Under the pieces are notes generated by a model. It was not told the origin of the DNA, did not search any database, and worked only from the letters and a program-made list of their open reading frames with translations. 60,955 nt of DNA from a virus (Duplodnaviria > Caudoviricetes): positions 1-60,955 of the IMG/VR virus record IMGVR_UViG_3300037634_004666. One strand, 5' to 3'. Positions 1-9,001 of the stretch are shown here, in pieces; the stretch's first letter is position 1; the number at the start of each line of letters is the position of its first letter. Both the position numbers and the translations under genes were made by a program.

Positions 1-266
1 CCCTTAGCTAATATTTTTTTTTGTATATCAAGAAGCATTTGCCTAGCTTCTTTTCTGCCTAATTCCATACCAGAGAGATCTTTAATAAGGGCTCCATCCT
101 TATCTCTTGCTAATGTTCCATCACTATTCTTTACATATTGAGTCTTCAGCTTGGTTGCTAAGCTAGACTGAGTCCCAGAAGATGACTGCTGTCTAGCGTC
201 TGAAAATGATATATTCTTAAATCTTTTTGCTAAATCTGAATTGTTTGCTAATTGACTTACAAATAA
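1..266. repeat. Terminal direct repeat / circular overlap, copy 1
   Basis: 1-266 matches 60690-60955 except at positions 128, 129 and 153. Confidence 0.95.
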
Positions 267-1370
267 ATGGAGAGAATCCCAAGTCATGCTATCGTCTTTT
301 ATTATTGAATTAGAAGGAAGCTTGTTTATAGCTGCTTGAAAAACCTGCATGGTTTCTCTTATACTTGATCTGTGTTGGAATAAGTGAAAATTGTCAACAT
401 AAAACTGCTTTTTATTTAAAGAAACATCTATCGAAGAAACATCAAATTTAATAGTACTTCCCTTGCCACCGAACGATCTTGCGGATTCTGGAACATTGTC
501 AAGTTTCATTTCTACTTGGTATCTTGTATGACCCTTTTCCCAAATATTTCTATGTTCATCCTTCATTCTATCAGACCAATGAGAATATCTAGGATCCATC
601 TTAGTGTCAATTTGTTTAGGTACTTCGTTCTTTGTTATGCTAAGGGATACATTGTTTTTACCCCTCTTAAACTTAAATTTAGTTGAGATCTCGGTTCTAT
701 CTTTCATATTTTTAAATATATCATCTGAGAGCTTTATATCATCAAGAGAGCGATCTTTAAAATAGCCTGTTACCTCTTCCGTCCATTTCTTGGTATCTGC
801 TCCGAGGTGTAAATTGCTGAATTTTACATTTTCATCAGCAAGATGAAATTTATTTTTTGATTTTTTAATGGCAGCAACATCAGGGGTAATAACATCTTCT
901 TTAATGGCAGGAACATCAGGGGTATCTATTTTATTAAGATTAACAGCATTAAGGTCTACTTTTGAAACTTTACCGGCATCAGCTATAGCTCCAGCTCCAA
1001 CTAGATCTAAGCCTAAGCCTGCATAATCAAGGATACTATACTCCCCAGTGTCTAAATTACCAACTCCAGGTATAAAATTAGCTATAGTTTTAGCATCTGG
1101 AATATACTCATCAAACGGAGTTGTAGGGAGAATATAGTCTGCCTGGTCTGCTAAAATACCTATCCCTTGACTTATTTCTGATAAACCAGCAGCGTAACCT
1201 CTAGGTTTAGTTGCCCAATTCCAAGCTTCTTTTAAAGGATTTATAAGAGTAGCATCAACTGCTCCACTTAAATCTTCCATATCCTCATTAAAATCCGAAA
1301 ATTTAGTATTTGGCATATCTTCTAATTTTGGTGAACCTACTCCAATAGAATTTCCTACTTTATTCGGCAT
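1..1370 (-). CDS. 5' part of an ~539-aa protein spanning the circular junction (continues 60689..60440); pre-toxin-TG-like segment in the N-terminal part
   Basis: ATG at 1370 (MPNKVGNSIG...), 4 nt after the TerS stop. Hand translation is open to base 1 and in frame with track ORF 60440..60757. Contains FIPGVGNLDTGEYSILDYAGLGLDLVGAG. Confidence 0.85.
   Translation of the reverse strand, partial: MPNKVGNSIGVGSPKLEDMPNTKFSDFNEDMEDLSGAVDATLINPLKEAWNWATKPRGYAAGLSEISQGIGILADQADYILPTTPFDEYIPDAKTIANFIPGVGNLDTGEYSILDYAGLGLDLVGAGAIADAGKVSKVDLNAVNLNKIDTPDVPAIKEDVITPDVAAIKKSKNKFHLADENVKFSNLHLGADTKKWTEEVTGYFKDRSLDDIKLSDDIFKNMKDRTEISTKFKFKRGKNNVSLSITKNEVPKQIDTKMDPRYSHWSDRMKDEHRNIWEKGHTRYQVEMKLDNVPESARSFGGKGSTIKFDVSSIDVSLNKKQFYVDNFHLFQHRSSIRETMQVFQAAINKLPSNSIIKDDSMTWDSLHLFVSQLANNSDLAKRFKNISFSDARQQSSSGTQSSLATKLKTQYVKNSDGTLARDKDGALIKDLSGMELGRKEARQMLLDIQKKILAK
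864..924. repeat. 25-bp intragenic direct repeat, period 36 (TPDVPAIK / TPDVAAIK)
   Basis: tttaatggcagcaacatcaggggta at 864 and tttaatggcaggaacatcaggggta at 900. Confidence 0.85.
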
Positions 1371-1374
1371 AATA

Positions 1375-2172
1375 TTACTCTTCTAACTCTTTAGTTACTT
1401 TTTTAGTTACTTTTTTAGTTACTTTTTCAGATATTGCTTCTTCTAATGTATTACCCTTAAATCCTTGAAAACCTATCATAGCAACTCCTGTTTGCTTAGT
1501 TCCTTTATCTTCTATTTCCATAATATCAGATAATTTAATTAATGCTTTTAGCTTTTCTCCATCTTGTCTAGCTGTTAGGGCTACATTACGTATTCCCTTT
1601 AATATAAACTCTTCGTCTATACCTAATTCTGTCAATATAGGTTTAATTTCTTCCTTCACAGCCTTTTTTATCCTTTCTGTCTTAAGTAGTAATTTAACCT
1701 TTCCTTCAGCATATTTCCTATTATTAGTTTTGTATACCTTAGTATAGGCATCTACCGCATCTATACCTTGTGCTATATATAATGCAAAGAGTTCTTCTCT
1801 ACTATTAGTACTCTCTCTTTCAAATAGTTGTTTACTAGAGGTATTAGTACCTCCAAAACTGTATATATTATGCCGTTTTTCCGTATCCATTACACTAGTA
1901 GGATTTATCATAAATGTGCCTGTACATGTACCTACATACTCTCTAGCGTGTTTTACATTCTTTCTATGTGGTTTCATACTCTTTCTACGTAGTATCTGGA
2001 TAAAGCAACCATCATCTGCTTTTACCCAGTCGCCTACCTGTCCTTCTTTCCAGTTATCTTTGTATATAAATCCGTTAGGACACTCGTCTTCATCTTCATA
2101 TACATAGTTTATAATTCCGTTTATCGTATAGTCTCTCACAGTTAGTCCTCTTTTTGTTTTTAGTTTTGTCAT
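1375..2172 (-). CDS. terS: Terminase small subunit with an N-terminal extension
   Basis: C-terminal half has the TerS-type HTH/oligomerisation pattern (ELFALYIAQGIDAVDAYTKVY...LLKTERIKKAVKEEI...GIDEEFIL...KLKALIKL). It is upstream of TerL on the circular map. Confidence 0.7.
   Translation of the reverse strand: MTKLKTKRGLTVRDYTINGIINYVYEDEDECPNGFIYKDNWKEGQVGDWVKADDGCFIQILRRKSMKPHRKNVKHAREYVGTCTGTFMINPTSVMDTEKRHNIYSFGGTNTSSKQLFERESTNSREELFALYIAQGIDAVDAYTKVYKTNNRKYAEGKVKLLLKTERIKKAVKEEIKPILTELGIDEEFILKGIRNVALTARQDGEKLKALIKLSDIMEIEDKGTKQTGVAMIGFQGFKGNTLEEAISEKVTKKVTKKVTKELEE
1390..1426. repeat. 12-bp tandem repeat x3 encoding KVTKKVTKKVTK
   Basis: tttagttacttt repeated at the 3' end of terS. 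Confidence 0.85.
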
Positions 2173-2469
2173 ACTTTTTTAAAAGTATGTTATACATAAC
2201 GAGTTCTAATTCTTTAATTAATCTTGTGTGCTCAGAAGCCTTTAGAGTGTATGCGCTCTAAATCAAAGAAAAAGTATAACTTTTGCAGTTATTTCTCTAT
2301 GTTGTATAGGCTTACGATCCTACATAATTTCTACGATTCAGAGAAGTTTGGTCTGGACAGCTTACGCACGCTATTACCTCATGCTTGCCCCCCTCTGACA
2401 TCCTACGGCCCCTTGATAGGCTATAACTAATAAGCGGCAAGATAGTTTTGGAGATTTTTCCTTAACAGT

Positions 2470-2502
2470 ATAATATAGAAGTATTGTGTGACACTCTCCA
2501 AA
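2470..2502 (-). promoter_or_regulatory. Putative leftward promoter resembling the Bacteroidota-type TTTG-N21-TAnnTT
   Basis: Minus strand TTTG (2502-2499), 21 nt, TATATTAT (2477-2470), upstream of the packaging/structural arm. Confidence 0.35.
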
Positions 2503-2577
2503 AAAAATATATTTTAATTTTGAAGTCGACTTTTAAAAAATGGAGGATTTGAATGCTTGGTCTTATTACTCTATAGT

Positions 2578-2594
2578 ACCCCTTTAAAAGGGGT
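2578..2594. other. Inverted repeat at the strand-switch point
   Basis: ACCCCTTTAAAAGGGGT hairpin, followed by CGTAA-tacga-TTTACG. Confidence 0.6.
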
Positions 2595-2660
2595 TTTCGT
2601 AATACGATTTACGTTATTTATTGATTTATTATTTTTTGGTTAAATGAAAGGATAACTATT

Positions 2661-2942
2661 TTGGATAAGAATGTAAAGAGGACGCTGGCTAAATTAGCCG
2701 GGAACCTACAGTTCGGGGATGTAGAGATGTCTCAGAAAGGCATGAAACAGAATGAGTTGATAGCTTTAGCACACCTAGCTGCTGGGAATCTAGAAGCGTA
2801 TACCGTCGCATTGGGTACGCAGACTAAGATGAATAGTAAAGAAGAGCTAGAGGCTAGTATGAAAGATGCTATTTCAGAAGGTTTAAAAGAAGGGTTTAAA
2901 GCTCTCGCTATTGGTTTAAAAGGTGATAAAGATACTACTTAA
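2661..2942 (+). CDS. Hypothetical early protein
   Basis: TTG start with AAAGGA upstream; first gene of the + arm. Confidence 0.75.
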   Translation: MDKNVKRTLAKLAGNLQFGDVEMSQKGMKQNELIALAHLAAGNLEAYTVALGTQTKMNSKEELEASMKDAISEGLKEGFKALAIGLKGDKDTT

Positions 2943-3733
2943 TTGTAGTATTTTTATTTATTAATACAATAGTAAGGAATATCAATGAATGATCTTATTA
3001 TTATTATTAATACTATACTAATACTGTATATAATCAGGTGATAGAGAGAGTATATGGTATTGGTATCTGTATTAGTATGAGGAATAGATCAAGCATACAT
3101 CATTCTTTAAATAAAGTAATAAACATAACAGTAGACTTACAAAACCTATCACCTGAAAAAAAGAAGGTCCAAATACCTTTATCAATGCTATCAACCATAG
3201 TAATTATAAATTTTGGTTTCTATCTATTAAATAACCATAGAGAGTGTAAATATTTGTCCCGTTGGACAGTTGATGTTATAAAGCTTTGAGGAGGTTGACT
3301 CAGTTTATTAATGAAGTTTATCCTCATAAATCTATGTATTTATGAATGGGATTTATAGTTAATAATTTTTTCAGGACACACATTGATTCCTTGACATTAA
3401 TGTGCTCCGGTTGGTATTGTAAGAGAAAAAGTCAAGGTAACGCTTAAAGGTGGTGATCTTAAGTATTTGAGAGTAGAGCGACCAATGAATAATGATAAGC
3501 GGCAATTGACGGCAACCTATTATTCTTTTTACGATAATCCGAGGTTAAATCATAAGTCGTGTGTAGTAGATACGGTGTCAATGATTGTTTTGGATGAGGT
3601 GTTAATCACGAGGGATAATTTGAGGCTGACTACAGTATGTATATAATTATCGTGTAAGATTATTGTAATTTTGTCCATATTCTTAATGGGACCGTTAAAC
3701 ATTATTAAGAAGATTAAATAAGGAGTTTAATTT

Positions 3734-3922
3734 ATGTGGATTAAAACTAATACTTATATAATAGCTGTAAGTCATATTACAGACATTAGACATGCTAGAG
3801 GTGGAACCCAAGTATCATTAGTTAGTGGTAGACAATTATTTCTTACTTGTTCATTAAAGAGTTTTCGTAAAGCTTTAATGGAAAGTTTAACTACACAAGT
3901 AGTTATAGTTGAGTATGAATAA
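3734..3922 (+). CDS. Small hypothetical protein (beta-rich, LytTR/FlbD-like pattern)
   Basis: AAGGAG SD; stop overlaps the next start (TAATG). Confidence 0.75.
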   Translation: MWIKTNTYIIAVSHITDIRHARGGTQVSLVSGRQLFLTCSLKSFRKALMESLTTQVVIVEYE

Positions 3923-4128
3923 TGAAGAGTATTGTACAAATTTCAACCCTCTTATTAGAGATAGTAGGAGGGATATTAATGATAATGGGTATAACTGTAG
4001 TATGGATATATTTAGGGAGCATTAATTGTTCTTTTATTAGTTATATTATTATATGTATACCATTAATACTAAGTTTTATATTTTATATCAATACAACAAC
4101 ATACATTAGTATGTTAATAGAGGAGTGA
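3922..4128 (+). CDS. Small membrane protein (2 TM)
   Basis: Two hydrophobic stretches; translationally coupled. Confidence 0.65.
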   Translation: MKSIVQISTLLLEIVGGILMIMGITVVWIYLGSINCSFISYIIICIPLILSFIFYINTTTYISMLIEE

Positions 4129-4129
4129 A

Positions 4130-4501
4130 ATGACTGATGATTTAAAGAAAGTATTAAATAATAGCGTATCTACAATTTCTCCTTATAAAAAGGTTGGAAT
4201 GTGGATGTATGATGATGACAAGCTTAACATTAAAGAAGAATTATTTATTGCAGGAGCTGATATATTTTTAGATATTGTATCTAAAGGTGAAAATTCTTGT
4301 AAAATAATATTTAGTGACCTTCCATTCCCTGATTATGATTATTCTTTAATTAGAGAAAGTAAAATAGGTGGTGGTTATAATTATAATGTATTTTATAAAG
4401 AAGATACAGAGAAATTAATAACTGCTTGGTTATGTGATGTAACAACACGATATTTCAATGGTAAGCATCCTGAAGCATTATTTGTTAAAGCTGTTAATTA
4501 A
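4130..4501 (+). CDS. DUF6717-like hypothetical protein
   Basis: PYK..G.W..DD...EELF.AGAD..LD...F...FP...GG.Y...WLC....YF...PE pattern; GAGGAG SD. Confidence 0.7.
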   Translation: MTDDLKKVLNNSVSTISPYKKVGMWMYDDDKLNIKEELFIAGADIFLDIVSKGENSCKIIFSDLPFPDYDYSLIRESKIGGGYNYNVFYKEDTEKLITAWLCDVTTRYFNGKHPEALFVKAVN

Positions 4502-4504
4502 TAA

Positions 4505-5285
4505 AATCCCTCTTAATTGAGGGTTGGACTAATACATACTTCGGTATGGACCTGAAAATCGATGGTTTAATTAGTATCGCGGCTGCATATAGTCGTCAAA
4601 TAAACTCAGTAATGAGGATAAAGTTAACATTGGGTTAAGATTTAACAACCGATGTAGCGCTGTAGTAATGCAGTTAAGTATGCAATAGAGGTACCACTGA
4701 CGACCTAATGGTAAATGCTAAAGGTTGAGGTGATGAGCGTGGGATGCTTATTGAGGTTAATAGCCAATAGGAGAACTCTAAGGAATTATGCAGTGACTAT
4801 GGTGGTTTGTTGCGTATTCCAGTAACTTTAAGGATTGTCTTCTAGTAATAGAAGGGAGTGTTAAACTTACCGTATAAACTTTGTCACCAGCAAAGAATAT
4901 ATCAAGGCGTGAAGTATTTCGTATGAAAATGCGAAGCTTCAATCCAATGTGTCGTCTTGAATTTACCTGAATCTTATTTAGACGTTGAATACGTTTTACC
5001 TAAAGATAAGTAAAATAGCATGGACGCTTGAGAGCATAGGTGCCTCTTGTCGGCTGAAATAGGTCGAGTTACAAAGCTCACAAGGTTTTGTAATTGTAAT
5101 GAACGTATCGTAGGTCTGGGCACAGGTCTATAGTATTATTAATTGCAAAGACAACTTAAGCGTTACGAGTGATGAGTGTAACTCATTGGCATTGGTAGTT
5201 ACATCTTTGATAAAAGGGTGTGGATAATTCGGCTAACAAATAAGGCTGGAGAAAGACTACTATTAATAACTGTATTCTCAGGTTA
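4505..5285 (+). ncRNA. Large structured non-coding RNA (~780 nt), GOLLD-like
   Basis: No track ORF. Many hairpins with UUCG/GNRA tetraloops and G-U pairs on the + strand (4535, 4605, 4660, 4839, 4918, 5111). 3' end GAAAGACUAC...AAUAAC...UCUCAGG resembles GOLLD as I recall it; family not verified. Confidence 0.6.
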
Positions 5286-5552
5286 TTTTCAAATTTCCGT
5301 GTTGTTTATTAATGTGATATAAAACTATATGCTGCCCTTAATGTTCAATTGATCATTAGAGGATCCGAAAGAGCATACATTAATAAAATAATTATATGGT
5401 GGATGACGGTGGAAAGTAGTGGAAACAACGATTTTTATAAAACTCTAACAAGCTTGAGATGAGATAGTTTGTCGGCCTTTTTTAGATATTTGTATAGAAA
5501 GAGGGAGCAGTGTGTTACCTGCTTTAAATTTTTAAATAAAATAAGGAATTAT

Positions 5553-5903
5553 ATGGAGTTATTACAAAGTTTAGAACAAAAACAAAGTAAAATAAAGGTA
5601 TCTTCAGCTGTATTACTATCTAATATGGTAGATAATAATGAAGGTAGTATCAAATTATGGGCAATTCCTACTATTATAGAAAAAGTTATTATATGGAATT
5701 TACATGCTTATCATAGATACCGATTTAGTCCTGAACCTTTCAGAAGTACATCTTTAGTTATTACAGATAGAAATTTACAAACTATAATAGAGAAGTTTTC
5801 AAAGATTACTTTTCCGGAATGGGAGAAAAGATTAAAGCAAGCTGATTCGTTAGTATTGCAATGTGAGGAGTTTAAAGATAAAGAGCCTGAATCTGTAGGT
5901 TAA
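5553..5903 (+). CDS. Hypothetical protein
   Basis: ATG 5553 with AAGGA SD is preferred over TTG 5469. Confidence 0.7.
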   Translation: MELLQSLEQKQSKIKVSSAVLLSNMVDNNEGSIKLWAIPTIIEKVIIWNLHAYHRYRFSPEPFRSTSLVITDRNLQTIIEKFSKITFPEWEKRLKQADSLVLQCEEFKDKEPESVG

Positions 5904-5908
5904 ATTTA

Positions 5909-5961
5909 AGAGCAACATAAGATCGTGTAATTTTAGACTCCTGTTGTGCGATAGTTGCTCT
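5909..5961 (+). other. Long intergenic stem-loop (processing site or terminator)
   Basis: AGAGCAAC...ATCGTGTA / TGTGCGAT...GTTGCTCT. Confidence 0.5.
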
Positions 5962-5986
5962 GTTATTAATAATAAAAAGGAATAGT

Positions 5987-6121
5987 ATGAAAATAAGAAA
6001 TAGTGTAAAAGCTAGAGTTGCTGCTTTTAAACTTGTCAGAAAGTTTAAGAAATTTAAAGTACCTATCGTAAGAGTTCAAATTACTAAAAATGGTATGAGA
6101 GGAGTAAGTCATAGTGGATAA
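5987..6121 (+). CDS. Small basic protein (44 aa)
   Basis: AAAAGGA SD, then MKIRNSVKARVAAFKLVRKFKKFK...; overlaps the next start. Confidence 0.6.
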   Translation: MKIRNSVKARVAAFKLVRKFKKFKVPIVRVQITKNGMRGVSHSG

Positions 6122-6323
6122 ATTTTGGGAAATTGTAGAATATATAGATGTATATATATTAGGTAAAATTTTATTAATCCTAGGCCTCATAGGTGCCATA
6201 ATAACTATATATTGGATATTGCATTCTGGTTGGATTGAGGCAGGAATAATAGGCATAGGTAGTGCTATGCTTATCTTCCTTGGGTTCGAGCATAAACAAT
6301 TTCATAATAATAAAGATTATTAA
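6114..6323 (+). CDS. Small membrane protein (2 TM)
   Basis: GAGGAG upstream of GTG; two hydrophobic helices. Confidence 0.65.
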   Translation: MDKFWEIVEYIDVYILGKILLILGLIGAIITIYWILHSGWIEAGIIGIGSAMLIFLGFEHKQFHNNKDY

Positions 6324-6860
6324 GGTAATTAAGTAAGCATATTTCAATAGTAGCATTTATCCGCTAGAGCCTTTGTATTACGCTGAAAAAGGATTACCTT
6401 ATGAAGTCCTCTCGCTTGTAAAAGCGTATGCATCCTACCCAAGGGTCCTATGGTATAGTTGGGGGTGGCGAGAGGCAAGATGTACAATGAGAATGTTTCT
6501 TCCGATCTGCGCCACTTATTTACGAAATGATATGTTACTGTACTTAAGTTAATGTGACGGACATTAGAGACACTTTATATATAGAGAGATGTAGAGTCTG
6601 CAGGCATGCCGTTAAAGATAACATAAAGGAAACTGTTATTACGCTTCTCTCTATATTCATTGTATTAATTTAAATACTATTGCATGTATCAAGCTATGCT
6701 GTTCTAAGTCCGGAGAAGCTTGACTAAGTTGATTTCCAGGGCACTCTACTATTTAACTGCAGAAATAGAAAAGAAATATGAGTCACTGAGTTCAGTTGAT
6801 ATAAAAGCATGTATAGTATTTATAATATTTAAACTAAATAAAAAAAAGGAAACACATCAA

Positions 6861-8825
6861 ATGAATGAAATATTAAATATATTTAAGGATGGTGTAAGAC
6901 AAGAAATACCTGAAGATTTAGATAGATTTAAACCTATTTCTTTTACAGAAAGAGGAAGACTTATCTTTAAAGTAAATATAATAAAACGACTTTTAAATAT
7001 TATATTGGGCTGGGATACACAAAGAACTAATTATGATAGAGATCATCCTTCTGCACATGAAATAGTTGGATTAAAAATTACTGATGGTTTTAGATTTGCA
7101 CCAAAAGAAAATGATAGGTTGAGAGAAAGAATAGAATTAATGACTCAATTTAATTTATCAAGTATTTATTGGCATGGTTGGAATAGTAGACCTCAATATA
7201 ATGAAGATTTAAAATCTCAATCTAAAAATCTAAATACTTTATTAACAAAATACAAGACTATTAGAAGTAAAAATAATTATAATACTTGTCTTGATATTAC
7301 TATAAGTACGTTTGTAATGAATTGCATGCATGAATGTAGTGGAGATGCAGAGTTATGGGATAAACTTGCAGATTTAATAAATAATAATTCTAATCGAGAT
7401 TGGTGGAATCAAAGATCTGTTACATGTTTTCTAATAGGTAGAAATAGAGGTGGTTTATCAGATATTAGAGATTTTCCAACTTCTGAAAATAATACAAGTG
7501 ATAGAGAAAATCCTAGAAATTTTTCTATAATTACAAATCCAATGTCATTAGCTTGTGATTTTATAGTATTAATAAGATATTTGTTAAAACAAATTAAATT
7601 ATGTCCATTAACTAATGATGAATTTCAATTCCCTGCTTTAGAAGATTATATAGAGGGTGAATTTCAATCTTTTGAAGATTCTAAGGATAAAATTTCAAAT
7701 ATTAATATAACTGATGCACTTATCTTGAAAGAGCCAAATTCTTTAAGATCAATTACAAAGATTCATTTTAAAGAATTAGATGCATATTTATGGCACCCAA
7801 ATGGAAAAGAGCTAACTCCAGTAATTAGATCGTTTAAAGATATTCATAATAATCATTATGGTATGTATTTTTATGCTGTTAAAACTTTACGCTTTTGTAC
7901 TAATAGAGAAGATGGAGAGTTAAAAATTATTGATGTTAAAAATTATGCTCATAGTGATTTAAATAATCATTCAGTATTCTATTGTACATCTGCTTTAAAT
8001 GATCAAGTAGGTCGAGATTCTGAAAAATTATTCAATGAAGAAAGGGATTATATTCCAGCTATGAATACTTGCTTTAATTCTTATGGTAGTAATATTACAA
8101 GTGGAATGCAACAAAGAAGTTATTTACCATTATTTACTCATGTAAAATCGTGGTTAATTAATTATATTTGTACTAAAACTTCACCTTATAAACATCCTCG
8201 AGATGTATTCTATGGATTACCTATAAATATACCTAAATGGTATGAAAATTTACATGATGCTTCTTCAAGTGCATGTATGGCTAATTTATATCGTCATTCA
8301 ATAGAAATACAGCAGAGAGATCAGGAAATAAATACAAATGCTATAGAGCCAGGGCATGAAATAAGGCCTTCAATGCAACATAAATTAAATCATGTAAGTG
8401 ATGTTGATTTAACAGCATTATTAGATAATAAATGTTCAGATTGTCAATTAATCTCTACATGTTATTTAAATAAGTATGCACATGAAGCTTTACCTTCATA
8501 TTATGATGATAAAAAGGCTTGTGCATTACCTGGTATAGCTCCTGAAAAGTTTGATATGCCTGGAGTTTGTCGACCTACTGTGTCGGCTGTAGAAAGTATT
8601 CTAGCTGAAGGGAGAGTAACCGATGAAGGTATAGAACCTGTATTTGAAATTATAGAAGATGTACCTTTAGAGGTACCACTTGATCCTAATATAATAACTA
8701 CAGAAAATACAAGAGATTCAGAAAGAACTCCTCTTATTGAAGAAGTCGTAGATTACACAATAGAAGAAGCAGAAAGAAGAAGGGATATTATGCAAGAAAT
8801 GAGTAGTTGGGCTATAACAAGATGA
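6861..8825 (+). CDS. Large protein with a candidate prokaryotic E2-like (Ubl-conjugating) domain and a Cys-rich C-terminus
   Basis: ATG 6861 with AAAGGA SD. NTCFNSYGSNI...LFTHVKSWLINY...SPY resembles the post-catalytic-Cys helices of E2-like proteins; also CSDCQLISTC. First gene of the JAB-E1-Ubl operon. The CDS is secure; the E2 call is tentative. Confidence 0.5.
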   Translation: MNEILNIFKDGVRQEIPEDLDRFKPISFTERGRLIFKVNIIKRLLNIILGWDTQRTNYDRDHPSAHEIVGLKITDGFRFAPKENDRLRERIELMTQFNLSSIYWHGWNSRPQYNEDLKSQSKNLNTLLTKYKTIRSKNNYNTCLDITISTFVMNCMHECSGDAELWDKLADLINNNSNRDWWNQRSVTCFLIGRNRGGLSDIRDFPTSENNTSDRENPRNFSIITNPMSLACDFIVLIRYLLKQIKLCPLTNDEFQFPALEDYIEGEFQSFEDSKDKISNINITDALILKEPNSLRSITKIHFKELDAYLWHPNGKELTPVIRSFKDIHNNHYGMYFYAVKTLRFCTNREDGELKIIDVKNYAHSDLNNHSVFYCTSALNDQVGRDSEKLFNEERDYIPAMNTCFNSYGSNITSGMQQRSYLPLFTHVKSWLINYICTKTSPYKHPRDVFYGLPINIPKWYENLHDASSSACMANLYRHSIEIQQRDQEINTNAIEPGHEIRPSMQHKLNHVSDVDLTALLDNKCSDCQLISTCYLNKYAHEALPSYYDDKKACALPGIAPEKFDMPGVCRPTVSAVESILAEGRVTDEGIEPVFEIIEDVPLEVPLDPNIITTENTRDSERTPLIEEVVDYTIEEAERRRDIMQEMSSWAITR

Positions 8826-9001
8826 ATAGCTTAAAACAACTCCGAAAGGAACAAGCTGTTGAAAGACAGGCAGCTAGAGATAAAAGATCTATACTTCAAC
8901 AATTAGAGCTTATTAAATCTAGAAGAGGTAATTCTAAGAGAGAAGTAGCAAGGTTAACAGCTTTGCTACACTCTCAAAATAATAAAAACAGGAAGAAATA
9001 A
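8822..9001 (+). CDS. Small basic helical protein
   Basis: ATGA overlap upstream and TAATG overlap downstream; R/K-rich. Confidence 0.7.
   Translation: MNSLKQLRKEQAVERQAARDKRSILQQLELIKSRRGNSKREVARLTALLHSQNNKNRKK

Noticed and set aside
2224-3289. Track ORFs 2224..2430 and 3038..3289
   Set aside because: No convincing SD or protein features; they lie in regulatory or AT-rich regions
3366-3437. -1 frameshift signal (T TTT TTC, 6 nt, pseudoknot)
   Set aside because: The -1 frame stops within about 5 codons and does not reach the downstream open frame
4505-5285. tRNA, tmRNA, RNase P or self-splicing intron identity for the large RNA
   Set aside because: No tRNA-like ends, RNase P consensus or interrupted host gene seen by eye
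6690-6775. Twister or pistol ribozyme suggested by GTTCTAAGTCC
   Set aside because: The remaining conserved core and pseudoknots could not be matched
6720-6860. TTG-start N-terminal extension of the 701-aa ORF
   Set aside because: Lies in a base-paired non-coding element; ATG 6861 has the SD
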